A DNA stretch of 64,000 nt from Macrostomum hystrix (taxonomy: Eukaryota > Animalia > Platyhelminthes). Positions 26,401 through 38,551 of the stretch are shown here, piece after piece. Position 1 is the first letter of the stretch. Every line of letters starts with the position of its first letter. The DNA is taken from assembly GCA_950097015.1 (NCBI GenBank), contig CATNEN010000001.1, positions 5,208,001-5,272,000 on the forward strand, written 5' to 3'. The translations under genes were made by a program, and so were the position numbers. The notes under the pieces were generated by a model, which had not been told where the DNA came from, did no database searches, and saw only the letters and a program-made list of their open reading frames with translations.

Positions 26401-29400
26401 ACCGGCTCACCGTTTCTCAGCAGCACCACATTCGGTATGGGGAAGCCCTTTAGCGGTAGGCAGGTAGAAAACTTTTGGCCTCTGCGAATCTTAATCACCT
26501 CTTGCATTTTGCCTTTGAGTCCCGGCGGCTTTTCGCATTCATCAACGTTCATGGTGCACTTGCAGCTGTGCCGGCCGACCTTGACGCTGTACACTCCGGC
26601 ATCGAACAGCTCCAGCTTATGAAAAATCAAGTAGGAGTCGTCGCGAACGTTACTTATTTCGATTCTGTCACTAGGAGCAATAGGTTCTCCATCTTTTAGC
26701 CAAACAATGGGATGCTGCCTGGGATTCCTGACGGCTATCATGAGCTCTTTCTTGCGCCACTCGATGCCTTTTGTGTCGTACAGGCTCTTGCGAAACTCGA
26801 CGTCGGCTAGAATTTAAAAGGGCATTGTGGTTAGTGAAATTGGAATAGTTAATTGGCACCGAAAGTATTTTGGAATTCACATGAGATTCGGTTTAACACT
26901 AGATTTCATAATTTAGAGCCAATTATTTCGAGACAAGGCCTTAAGGAATGCGACTATTGTTTCAGTTTCAGGATTGTGACTGGACAGCAGTGTGCACCAT
27001 AACTTTGTACTAACGGTCCGAGCGTTTGTTCCTCTTTTAGAAGGAATTCGGCCTATGCGCAGCTGTCGCGGCCGTGTCTAAATTTTTTCTGGACTTTCTC
27101 TCAAATACACCTATTTAACGCAATAGACTTTCTGAAAGATTTGCAGGAGAGTAAAAAGCCGATCCAGTTTAAGCCAATCCATCTGGATGCTCATTTGTCT
27201 TATTTCAAGGTTCTGTTTTTCTACTTTCTAGATTCCACTCTTCCGCTCAGAAATATGCCCGCCTAGGAGTTTCAGAAGGAAGTCAGCGCCACATCTGTCG
27301 AGTTTTTACGCCTTCGTTTAGTAGTAGCAGACCGACCAGCGCTGCCTACTTAGACTAGAAGGGAGTGCTACTATGGGAGCATCTATCACAATCACCGATG
27401 GAGCGGGGAAAACTGTTTTAGGGCCGCTTTGTGGAGAGGGTGATTTCCTATCGGGAGGATGGAGCGAAAAGGGGGAGCTTGTTGGGGGGAGAATAAATCT
27501 AGGGTAGTTAGAATGGAGCCAAGTAACAGTAGGTGGGTGCAACTGGGCGTACTTAATCACGTTGGACGTAGCCATATAGTCTACAATGGCACACAGTCGC
27601 TCTCTCGCCGTTAAGCAAAAGGCTTTTAGCTCTGTCTGTTTGATATTTACTCTGTGAAGAAGGATGAAACCGAATTTTTCCCCAGCGGATCAAAAATATG
27701 TACAACAATCAGCGAAATTGTGCTACTAAACGCGAAATTACGGATAAATAATCGAATGCGAAATGCGCCGACTTGATTAATTATGCCGATAAGGGGCAGC
27801 AGAGAAAATAAATAGACTGCCTATAGGAATGAATTACAGCGGGTACGCTGGGGGTCAGTGGAAGGCCACTCACGTCGAATTTCCAGCCTGCCAACTGACG
27901 TGTTCTTGGCAGTGCGAGCTATGATGACGCCATCGTGTTCCAGCTCCAGGTTGTAGACTGTCAGCTTGCGCTTAATCCGCTGCAGAGTCTCCATCTTGAA
28001 TTTGCCTTCTGACTCTTCAAGAAGCTACAATTATACATTTTTCGGTAATTCAGAGTGAGATACTTTTTAGCTAATTTCGGACTAATATATCTGAGTTCGG
28101 AAAGTCATACTAAATCAGCTTGGGGATTGTCGTGCAATTCAATGCCCCCCTCTTAGGAGCAGTGATACTGTACACTGCCTGACAATGAGAAAGTCAGGTC
28201 GCAAGTAGAAAACTTTATGAGTGTATACCTGTTTACACCTTTAGCAACACAAAACCAGTACGGGCCACTCCTGTTTCCTAGAAAACTTTTGTATGCCTGC
28301 TTTTTAGGAAAATGTTTTTGAAAAATGTCAACTCTGGACTATTTACTAGGCAAAAACTTGTCATCATGGATGCTCTTGGACATTCTTGAGGTGGTATTAG
28401 ATCGACAGTGGGAAAGCATAGAATGCGAAAATAAAATTTGCGGCTTTTTCCCCGTTAATTTAAATGATTTATAGCTCATGTTTTCCGAGGTCAAGCGACG
28501 TCGATAGAAAATAGGAATTGTTACATTTCAGCGACGTTCTGTCAACGTTCGAGTTTTAGGCTCCACATATTTTTATTAGCATCTATAGGTTTTGTACGGC
28601 GTATTGTGAAAAGTCTGCCGACGTCGGATTGTTCTACGGGTGATAAAAATATCAATGTCCACATACCTGCACCTTCGATAGGTCCATTGGATCGACCTCC
28701 GGATCCGAGCAGAAAAACCACCTGACTTCAGCGTCCTTATCGTTCACTTCGCAGTCGAAGGCCACCTCTTTATCGCCTTCCACACATTCCTGATCTCGCA
28801 GGCCACGATTGAAAAACCAATTCGGTTCGTCGACGATGACCTCAGTGTAGGTGGCGTCACCATCAACGGTGCAGCCGAATTCAACTTCATCTTCGTCGCG
28901 AGCTTTCACAATGCGCAGCATGCAACGATTCTCTCGGCGTTTGATCTCGTATCGATTCGGTGTGTACTGTCAAATTTGATTTGTGGTCTAATTTTCCACT
29001 TTACGAATAAAAGAGCAACTGCAACATCAGAATATCTCAAGCCTCAGTTTTTTAAACTGATTTTAATATAAAAAGCATGTCAGAGCTAATAGCTCATCTA
29101 TAGATGTCCCCTCAGGGGTTTCTAGCCATAAAGTCTACAAACAAACTGGCTTTAGTTACGAAATCGATGAGGACTGAAAGCGGGAACAGCTTTGGGAATG
29201 ACGTCTCCCTCGCCATCTCATCTCTCTCTGCTCCCAACTATCTCATCTGTCCACTCCCCTGATCTCTCTTATCACTCCACAATCTCATGTCGGTAAAAGT
29301 CAACCTTGTCAGCTCAAAACTATCTACGAGCTATAAACAAATGAAAAAAGTAATTTGCAAAGACAAAAAATGTCTAATTGACCTCGAGCGTTAAGTCATT

Positions 29401-32400
29401 CTATAAGGTGAAATTTGGAGGTCAAGTCTTGAATGCTCCGGGGACGAGTCGTTTCCATGGTCCTCATAATTAGAGCAGTACTGTCAAAAAACATGTTTTT
29501 CGAAAAACAAGGATTGAACTTCTCATGTTTTACTCGGTTCTCAACCCACGCATGCCAATAAAAAGCCATATTTGGACATGAATACCGCACTAATCAGTTT
29601 TGGGAAAAAATTATATTATTATTCGGGACATAGCGATTCTTCGGGGAATTCTGGCTATTCCAATATCCTGCATGTCTGCTGGTCTATTTATAGGGCGATT
29701 GTGGACTGATTTCAGTCGGAAAGTTCTCATTGACTTGACGCTCCCATTAGCGACTTGATTAGGACAAGAACTGTTTCGGCAAAGAGATTGTGACATCATG
29801 ACTGTTGTAAGTTTACTATCATGAGTGCTGCCGGCAAGACACAAACTAAATTTCTTCCTGTTCCATTTTAGAGAGCTGACGTCATTATTGTCTTCCATCT
29901 TGCTGTGGCATTGGTTTACTGCTCAAACCGAGCAACTGCATTCTCTGGTCCTCAGCTTGTCAACCGCACCGAGTTGTTTTCAAACGTCGATGAAAGGCAG
30001 CGTTCAAATCGGTTTTATCAGGTGAATTCTAGTAGAACATTAACCCAAGGTACAAAAGTGCGAAAAATCCTCAAATATTGATACCTATTTCATCATTCCT
30101 GATTAGCACTTAAGTATTATTAAAATTATAATTTGCATTCTTTAACCACATGTTTGTTCTGTCAGTGAAAAATTTTTTCGTGGACAATGCCCCTTCAAAA
30201 CAGCCTCTCTCCTTCCATCTAAAGTCCAACACAGGTCCGTACGCCAAGCTGTTCCACCAGGGCGCCAAAAACTTGCGCCAGACCTGCGGAATCGCTGATG
30301 GGTACGACAGCGGCAGATGGCCTCGGCGGGCCTTGAAGAATGCAGTCGCCGAGGATGAACGAATTTTTGGCGGATTTCCTGCTCAGGCGGGACAGTGGCC
30401 CTGGGTTGTCAGCCTGACCTTCGATGGATATGCCGAATGCGGAGCTACTTTGGTCTCTGATCGATTTCTTGTCACAGCTGCGCACTGCTTCCGAAAGAGG
30501 TAGATAAGCGTTTTCAGGCACATCTTAAGTGTCTTTCTAGTCATTACAGAACTAAGTTTTGCGACCGGTTACCCCTCCACCACAATATCCAGGCCAGACG
30601 CCAGCCGCTGGTCAGCAAACATCGCAAGCTTGGACTTCCTGCGACCCAACGAGCCAGGTGAGCTGCACATCCGGCTCGCCGGCTACCAGATTCATCCCGA
30701 ATACGGGCTGCGCAGCCGAGACGACTTCGACGTGGCCCTGGCCGAATTGACAACGTCCGTAACCTTCTCGAGCAACATCCAGCCGATCTGTCTGTCCGAC
30801 AGTCAGGCCAGGCCTGGGGAGCTGTGCACCGTGGCAGGCTGGGGTCTGACCTTAAACACTGCGCCATACAACCTGCTCAACCAGGTAGGAAACTCAAATA
30901 GATGCGCTTTCATTTCGTCGCTAAGTTTCACTAGGAAGTGGTGCATTTCTATTTAAAAACAGTTTTTTTGTCACGACCTTTTTTCATAGAAACTCTATTA
31001 AAATAATGTTCTATCCGCAACGTTTGTCCACAATTTCAGGTATCCGTGCCAATTGTGCCGGCCAGCAGGTGCAACAGCAGCGCCTTCCCCGACCTCGCCG
31101 GACGCATCACGGACAGTATGTTTTGCGCCGGATACCCTCAGGGCGGCCATGATGCCTGCGCTGTGAGCAAAAGTTTTTTCTATTGTGCAATTTAAAACTT
31201 GCACTTGGATCCTGTGTGACTCAAGCTCACACACCTATTTTCACTCAAATGCAGGGCGACAGTGGCGGTCCGATCATGTGCCAGAGAGGCCCTGCCTGGT
31301 ACCAGTTCGGTGTCGTCTCCTGGGGCAGCGGCTGTGGCAGTGAGTTTTTAATAAATTTGTTTTAGTTCATCGACAACTTTTAATTGCATCAATCCTGTCC
31401 ACCTGTGACCCACAGGTCCTAACACTCCAGGTGTGTACGCCCGCACCGATGGATCTGTGAAAAGGTGGATCGAATCCATTGTTGGGCAGCCACTGTGATA
31501 ACACTTGTTAAAGTGATTTTTTGTGACGCTAAGAAAACTGAAGTTCTGGGCAAGATTTGTTATTGTGTTTTTGGTGAAGGTCTTACCTCTTCTAAAAGAT
31601 TCCTATTGTCTAGCTGTTCTAAAAAGGTATAATTGTACGAGCTATCTGTTCTAAGATTTCATCTGTTTTCATCAAACTACGAGTTGTTTCAGATCTAAAA
31701 AATAGACATCAATCTAAATGCACGACTCACTGAACTAAAATCCAAATTATTCTTTAATCATTTTGAGAAGAAGCAATTTTAGCTGGTGGGTGTCAGGAGA
31801 GATAGTGGGTGTCAGGAGAGATAGTGGGTGTCAGGCAGAGAGTGGGTGTCAGGAGAGATAGTGGGTGTCAGGCAGAGAGTGGGTGTAAGGAGAGATAGTG
31901 GGTGTCAGGTGAGATAGTGGGTGTCAGGCAGAGAGGTTGGGTGTCAGGAGAGATAGTGGGTGTCAGGCAGAGAGTGGGTGCCAGGAGAGATAGTGGGTGT
32001 CAGGCAGAGAGTGGGTGTCAGGAGAGATAGTGGGTGTCAGGCAGAGAGTGGGTGTAAGGAGAGATAGTGGGTGTCAGGTGAGATAGTGGGTGTCAGGCAG
32101 AGAGTGGGTGTCAGGAGAGATAGTGGGTGTCAGGCAGAGAGTGGGTGTCAGGAGAGATAGTGGGTGTCAGGCAGAGAGTGGGTGCCAGGAGAGATAGTGG
32201 GTGTCAGGAGAGATACAGAAGCATTCAGCAGAGGCATTGAGGTGTCAGAAGAGGCGATGGGGCAGTGTCAGTGCCAGTTCATGCAGTGAGGTATCAGTTT
32301 AGGCAGTGAGGTATCATGAAACATAAAAGTACAGATCGAAAACAGCTAAACTGAGAGCTAAGGAATTATCAGTTTGGCTTTAGCATTAAGTCAGTAAATA

Positions 32401-35400
32401 ACATACAGTTTACTTTATTTTGAATGGATCCTATTATCGCAAAGTCTTTATAACTTTTCAACACGAAAATTCTGAAAAACAATCGTTATAGCAAGAGTCC
32501 GTTTGCGGGTACGGGGCTACACACGCAAACACTTCAGTATTGGGGTATTGCAGCGAACCGTAAGTAGTATATCATTTTCATCCATTGTATCAGCTGGTTA
32601 AAGGGTTAACCATAGGCATAACCCTTTATCCTTTCAGGATGCCGATGCCGATCTAGAAAGGTAGCATTTCTGCATAGGCGATCTTTTCTTCTGTCGGAGC
32701 TTTGTCGGTTGCGATAGGAATGCTGGTCGGGTAGGAATAAATTATTACACCGTGCTAGCACTGCGCCCAATTGCTTTTGCTAGCTTGTTCAGATTCCTGC
32801 ACGACGGCCTTTAGGTAGGTTTCTATTGTGGGTTCCGGCTAGAAGGGTTTCTAGTGAGCGAGGAAATCTAACTACTACTAGCGGGAGTTGGGAATCGAAC
32901 CCCCGATCTTCAAGTCGTGAGTCCAACTAACCAAAAGGCTACAGCCTCTGTAGCCGGTACTCACAGAGAAGCAACTGAGACTTTTCTCTACAAATTAAAA
33001 GTCACAGTTGCTTCCGTTTTAGAATTAGAATTTTTCAATTGCTAGTGCTACCAATTTTTGCGTCCATCACAATGACGCGTTAGAAATCAGTTAGGAATTT
33101 TTTAAATCATAAATTTCACCTTCACAATAAGTGAAGACTAGCTGCTTATTATTTGCTTCAACAATATAACTTTCGGGATAAATTCTAGTCTTTCTGAAAA
33201 GCCTAATTTTTGGACAGCTGTTGTGTGATATTGAAAAAAATGAAAAAAATATTACTGCGCAATTCATCGGCAATCAGTTTTATTGCGCAATGAAATGATC
33301 GTAACATTATTGGCATTTCTGATTCAAAATACTCTAGGCTTCTATAGTTTGCGAGAAAAATAATTCACTACATTTTCTTGAAGACTCTATCTTAGGTATG
33401 ACGTACTCATTTTGTGCTCACCTTTTTGCCTTTGCGGGTCTTCACACGAGAAGAGGTAGAGAGGTGCACCCAAAAGGCCTGCCCCCGGGGCGCATTGCGA
33501 ATGAGTGCGTGGTCTTTCTCGATACTCTCTCTGTACAGCACTTGCTCTCTCGTGTGTAAAGCCCTATTGAGCCTATATTGAGTACACTAGGTGTGACAAT
33601 GCAAGGCTATTCATATTGGCTCTCTAACCTCTCGCCATAACTTTAATTAAAAGCTCAACAGCTCTGCTAGCCAGTTTCAGTTAGAGTTAGCTGAGCTTAG
33701 CATTCCAGCGAGTCTGTCTTCACCGTCAGCATCATGACCGGCAAGGCTGACAAGCAGATTAATCTGCAAATTCGGCACAAGAAGCGACCAGAAGCCGAAG
33801 CAGAGGAGCGCGACAACTACAAGCAGCGCTACAAGGATCCCAGCGAGTTTGTGCGGATCCGGGCTCCTCCGCCGGAACAAGACGGTGTTGTGTTCACTGA
33901 TCCCGTCAGTTGGGATATTCATTATGCGAACAGGCGCCGTGCCATTCAGGTGAGGCTTTTGTACAAGCAGAACGAAAATTCGCCACATTACCTAGGCACC
34001 TAAGAAAATTTTGCTGCGAAATCTTCGCTTGTAAACCTGCCCCTGCGCCATTGATCTCGAGGATCCAACTTCAACAGCAACAAACGGGCTTTGGAATATG
34101 AATAGCTTAGACAGTTAATTGATACCATTCCTGCGATTCTTTACTTTGCTGAGAGGATGTAGGTAAACATAAAGCAATGCAGACTAGCTTATATATATAT
34201 AGTACAATATTTGCACCCATGGTTTTTTATAGAAAATGCAAACCTTCTATAACAAGGCTCTAGTAACAAGGAAACATCGGCGCACCTTTAGCTAAATCCC
34301 CATCTAGTGGAATCCAATCAATGTGCCAATCAGACTATCAGTGCATTCCCGAGCAGTGGGACCAACGTGATGGGGATGCAGGTTGTAATACATTAAAGCC
34401 AAGCAGACAATTGTTCGCTAAAAGTGCCCATCATTAACGCCGACGCATTTGGCACTGCCCACTGCCTTGCAGAAGGAAACACACAAACTGCTGAAGGCTA
34501 TCAAAGAGGACCAGAAAGCGCCCGCCATAGACCTTAGCAGGCACGAACTGATGCCAGAACGAAATCACTGGCTGGCCGTGCTGGAGAAGCAAGCGGCTGG
34601 AGAGGTTAGGCCACTAACGCCGCAGTTTATGCGCAAGGTCATCGCCACTTTCTACACGTGGGAAGAGCGTCGCGTTTACCTACACGTCTGGCGCTCCGAC
34701 TTCGATTATGACCACATAAAACAGATGGTTACGAAGGGAGCCCCTTTCACTAGCAACGATATCGAGGTTCTTGCTGTTCTAGTTGGAACGAATCAGATTG
34801 AGCGCTTTCAACCAGAGCATGTGAGGCATGACACCAAGCTATTTTTGATTTGCTGTCCCACTTTGTTCGTGCTCAGGGTTCGATTGAAAGGCATGAACGA
34901 CCTAATGGTTTCCACTTCTCCATTGGAGACTGTGCACCAGTTGAAGAAGCAAATCTATCAGAGAAAATGCTATCCGATGCACAGGCTGGACCTACTGTTT
35001 AATGGCTCGTGCATGGAAAACTCCGAGCGCTTGTTTCATTACGACCTCAGGGATGGCAGCGTCGTGAATATGTTCCTGCAGCCAGGCTGCAACATGCGCG
35101 TCAAGGTCACAACCTTCTGGAAGAAGGTCTACGAACTAGAAATCGATCAGACTGCGAACGCTCAGCACATTCTTACTATGGTGATAAAGAATTGCATGTC
35201 GCCCTACGTTGGCGAGTATTTCATTGTCGAGAACTACATCCGACCTCGCTTTCTGACGTTGCACTCTCCTGGCCACTACTTCTTTGGTCTGGACGAAGGT
35301 GTGTATAGAGTCCTGTTTGAGGAGCAAACTGAGCACCTGGTCGTCTCAATGACTGAGTCGGCACACAAGGTCACACTTGAAGTGAAAAAATGTCCTGAAG

Positions 35401-38400
35401 GGGTGGAGTACGTCAAATGCGACGCTGAAGGACACTACGGCGTTGGCTACATGAATCTGCACGGACTCACAGGAATCCCGGTGGATATGATGATTCTCAA
35501 AATCCCCGGGAAGACTCTCAATCCTTACGACGGAGTTCACGAGCGCGAGGATGGCCATGTTGTTGAACTGAAGCTCTCAGGCAAGAGCGATCTGTTTCCG
35601 AAAAACATGCCCATCAATGTTGTGATGCGATCGGGCGCTATTCAACAGATTAAACTCAATATGCGCCACGAGATAACAGACCTGCAGTTGGAGATTCAGC
35701 GCATGGGATACAACGATCCGACTAAGTACAATCTGTATCACAAAGGCAAGCTCATACCAAAGGAGGCCACTTTGCTTGACGCTGAGATTGAGGCCAACTC
35801 TTATGTCCACGTGTGCGCCCACTACTATCCCATAGATGTAGTTAATGTTCGCGGCTACAAGAAAGTCATCAAGGTGCAGTGCACGGGGAAGGTGTCTCGT
35901 CTTTACCTAAAAGCAAACGAGGCCTTTCCGCCGCAGTACGGCAAGGCGAAATATATTTTCGCCGGCGATGACATTTTCAGAGCCAAGCGGTTAGACAAGC
36001 TAGAACTGTGGCCAAGCTGTGCTATCTTCCAGGAGACAATAGACCCCTACATTGTAGTCCAGGTGGTGTACAAAAATGACACCATAATTCTGGAAATGAA
36101 TTCGGACGATTTCACTTTCCTGGTGCGAGAGCGCTTTACACTCTGGGAGCTGCCAACTTCAACCTTGGATAGTCTGGAGCAGCTGCTTGTATGGTTGGTG
36201 ACGAAGCCGAGCTACACAGAGTCGAGACCAACAGCCAAGCCAATCAAGATCACGGAGGAGCTGATTGATAATCCGTCGGTGAAACCGGAGATCGACTGGC
36301 ACAAGGTGCGACCACCGCCGCCAACAGAGAAACCGTTTCGACTCGGTCGAAAGTCGCCCAGAGCGGGCGTGGCAATCTGCTTGCCACCAGTGAGGCTGTA
36401 CGAAGTAGCGCGGCCGCAGCAGCTCGAGAAGGATGAGGGACTTCAGACACTACTAAAAGAAGAGAAACGCCGAGTTGGAGCAAGCAAGCGATAAATGTTT
36501 GCGAACTATAAACAAAGCGCTCTAAATACTCGTATATTGCATGATGCTATCTGCGAAAACTTTGAACTAAAATACTTTTGCTGACATTTAATCAACATTT
36601 TAGCTCCTCAATCTGTATAGACAATAACTTTAAGGTTGACCCACTGACGTTTGTACAGTTAAAGGACTTTGAGACTTTGTACTTTAAGATTGTTCATTCT
36701 ACTCATATATAATTTTTTCTCGAGCTACTGGCGCTAAATATGGATTTTATAACTTTAAATATAAAAGTAATGTACAGTAGAACGTGCTATTTGAAGCCAG
36801 TTTTTTACATGGAAACAAAATAAAAATATAATACATCGATAGATTTACCTCCAGCTTCTCGCCCTTCCGATACCAATCAACGTGGGCTCTGGGATCATTA
36901 ACGGAGCACTCCAAATTGAGATCCTTGCCGCGAATCACGTGAACAGTGTCCGAGAGTCGCTGGTTGAAAGTGTAGGTCTTCTGCGACTCTTCGACATCCA
37001 GGGCTGCCGTAGTAGATATGTCGTCGTTGATTTTGCAGGTGTAAAGACCGGCGTCCTCCATGCCAACCTTCTTGATCTCGAGAATGTACTCGCAGCCGTT
37101 GCTGTCAAAGTTTCGGTTAGAAAATTTATAAGTTTGATAATTTTAAATGAACTGTTATAAAGAAAAATAAAATAATAGGATTACTTAATAAAGTTGTACT
37201 TCGGACCCTGAAAGATCTCAAGCTTATTTTTTAGCCATCGAAATCTTTGGGACGGCTTTGAGAAGACGCAGCGAAAGTGAGCTGTTGGTGCTCCCTCATT
37301 AACTTGGACGTCCTCCATGTCCTGCTTGAACTCCTCTTTTTCCTGCAAATTGTGAAATTTTCAGATTGAAGCATTTTGTAAGTCGAGCTACTGTCCATTA
37401 CTGCCTAAGAGAGTCCTCTTGGGACATACCACGCGCTTTTTCTCGGCAGACTTCAACTGCGGAAAGCCAGGAATTAGTTCGGCTAGGGACTGTCGTCTAT
37501 TCATCTGCGACATTCGCCTGGCTTCCAGTATGTTTTGCATCTCCTGAATCTCTTCAGCCATCTTGTCGCGAATTCCGGCGCCTGAAGCGCGTCGCTGCGG
37601 ACTGGCTGATTCGTCCTGTCGTGAGATTAGAATGATACATGAGATCGTATAATCTATAGAGTGCGGGGCACATGGTAAATGGTTCATGGTGCATTGTAAC
37701 ATGGTACCTTATAATAATAATAATAATTATAATTGCAGGAGGGCTGCGGGCAATGGCACATCATTTGGTGACACTAGACCCGCAGCCAGCGAGGAGGCAA
37801 TTCTGCTCATTTCGCTGACGCACACACGCTCACAGATACCGTACGCAGGCATACGCTCACACAGGTGTGTATATCTGCCCTGACTTTCTCATCGTCAGGC
37901 AGTGTACATTTCACTGTACCTTGGAGGTTGGCCCTCAAGGGCGTAAATTGCACGACAAGCCCCCAAGTCTTCTCTACGCGGCTGCGCCCCAAGTAAATGT
38001 GGCCTCGCCGTGGAATCTAACTTAGGGACCCTGGTGCGAGAGGCAAATGCATTAACCGCTCTGCCACCGACCCTCTAACATGGTACCTTACACATGGTTC
38101 ATGGTACATAATGCATGATACATGATACATGACTCATGGCACATTGTACATAATAGATTGAACATAATAGCATCTCAGAATTTATCTTGGTAGATCACAC
38201 GAATGAAGACTTGAATTAAAATAAACTTACGATGCTTTTTTATTTATTTTTCCTGATAAACATGCTTATTTTTAGGTTTTTTATATTTTCAAAAGCATTT
38301 TCTTTGTTTTGAAGGCCATAGAGCCATAAATCCTGAACAGTACCTCACTGTCTCCATCCAAAGCAGTCGTGGGTGGCTGCAGAGTTGAAGTTCGGCGAGG

Positions 38401-38551
38401 CGGTCGATTTTCCCTTCTCAAATCTGGAAGCTCGTCGACTTCTTCGTCAGAGTAGCTAAAAAAGATTTTTAAAAAATCGGTGTGATTTGATCGTTCAGGA
38501 AATAGTCCCAAAATACTGCATTTGTGAGAATACTCACTTGTCTTCGTCCAT
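14409..38551 (-). CDS. unc-22: Twitchin / unc-22 / projectin-type giant muscle protein kinase (~3860 aa as assembled)
   Basis: Phase-consistent exons 38551-38538, 38455-38344, 37615-37430, 37342-37185, 37101-36849, 28966-28667, 28024-27874, 26806-20721, 20104-19975, 19786-17869, 17120-16844, 16743-16644, 16543-14900, 14811-14624, 14474-14409 (11583 nt, ends TGA). Architecture Ig4-(IgFn2)2-IgFn3-IgFn2-IgFn3-Ig2-Fn2-Ig2-Fn-kinase-Ig5. The first mini-exon (start codon) is less certain. Confidence 0.93.
17153..17512 (+). mobile_element. SINE family A copy in twitchin kinase intron
   Basis: B-box agttcgattcc, family A core, 3' hairpin and AT-rich tail. Confidence 0.88.
17520..17812 (-). mobile_element. 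SINE family B (tRNA head + CORE-like domain), near full length
   Basis: The minus strand reads gcagcctagtagttagagcgtcggactcacgagtagaaggttgggggtttgattcc (tRNA-like head). It continues ttgtgtccgttagcaggacactacactctgcattacttcagtttatcaagtagttaaatgggcacc, which resembles the CORE-SINE domain, and ends in (TTA)n. Confidence 0.78.
20185..20628 (+). CDS. Small mucin-like single-pass membrane protein (147 aa), nested antisense in a twitchin intron
   Basis: ATG at 20185; signal peptide [21 protein letters not shown]; N-glycosylation sequons NIT, NST and NQT; (AATTT)n Thr-rich stalk; [21 protein letters not shown]; stop at 20628. Entirely within intron 20105-20720. Confidence 0.75.
28118..28200 (+). 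mobile_element. SINE family A fragment
   Basis: gcttggggattgtcgtgcaatt...tacactgcctgacaatgagaaagtcagg matches the family core. Confidence 0.7.
29798..31498 (+). CDS. Secreted trypsin-like serine protease (S1A), nested antisense in twitchin intron
   Basis: Exons 29798-29806, 29872-30021, 30225-30499, 30593-30884, 31040-31162, 31255-31339, 31416-31498. Signal peptide; activation site R|IFGG; TAAHC, FDVAL and GDSGGP triad; S1 Asp in HDAC; VSWGSGC; PGVY. The first two exons are less certain. Confidence 0.92.
31786..32215. repeat. Minisatellite of alternating 19/18-bp units (gtgggtgtcaggagagata / gtgggtgtcaggcagaga)
   Basis: About 23 tandem copies. Confidence 0.95.
32880..32950 (-). mobile_element. 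SINE family B tRNA-like head fragment
   Basis: The minus strand reads ggactcacgacttgaagatcgggggttcgattccc, matching the heads at 17760-17812 and 6770-6800. There is no complete cloverleaf. Confidence 0.65.
33734..36494 (+). CDS. Tandem ubiquitin-like-domain protein (~745 aa), nested antisense in twitchin intron
   Basis: Exon 33734-33949 (CAG|GTGAG) splices in phase 0 to 34473-36494 (TTGCAG|AAG). One clear UBL is [68 protein letters not shown]. Further ~70-80-aa UBL-like units begin [21 protein letters not shown] and [10 protein letters not shown]. Confidence 0.82.
37712..38075 (-). mobile_element. SINE family A, full-length copy with 15-bp target-site duplication
   Basis: Flanked by the direct repeat taacatggtacctta at 37697-37711 and 38076-38090. 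tRNA head at the 38075 end and (ATT)n tail at the 37712 end. Confidence 0.93.

Noticed and set aside
21205-26699. Multiple plus-strand ORFs opposite the giant twitchin exon
   Set aside because: These are antisense shadows of codon-biased coding sequence with no independent protein features.
32880-32950. tRNA gene (also the heads at 10088, 17760-17812 and 38010-38075)
   Set aside because: A/B boxes are present, but the acceptor and D stems do not form a cloverleaf. These are SINE heads.
33440-33562. Imperfect foldback (cacacgagaagag...ctctctcgtgtg) upstream of the multi-UBL gene, considered as a pre-miRNA
   Set aside because: The pairing is short and interrupted, with a long irregular interior. 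There is no supporting evidence.
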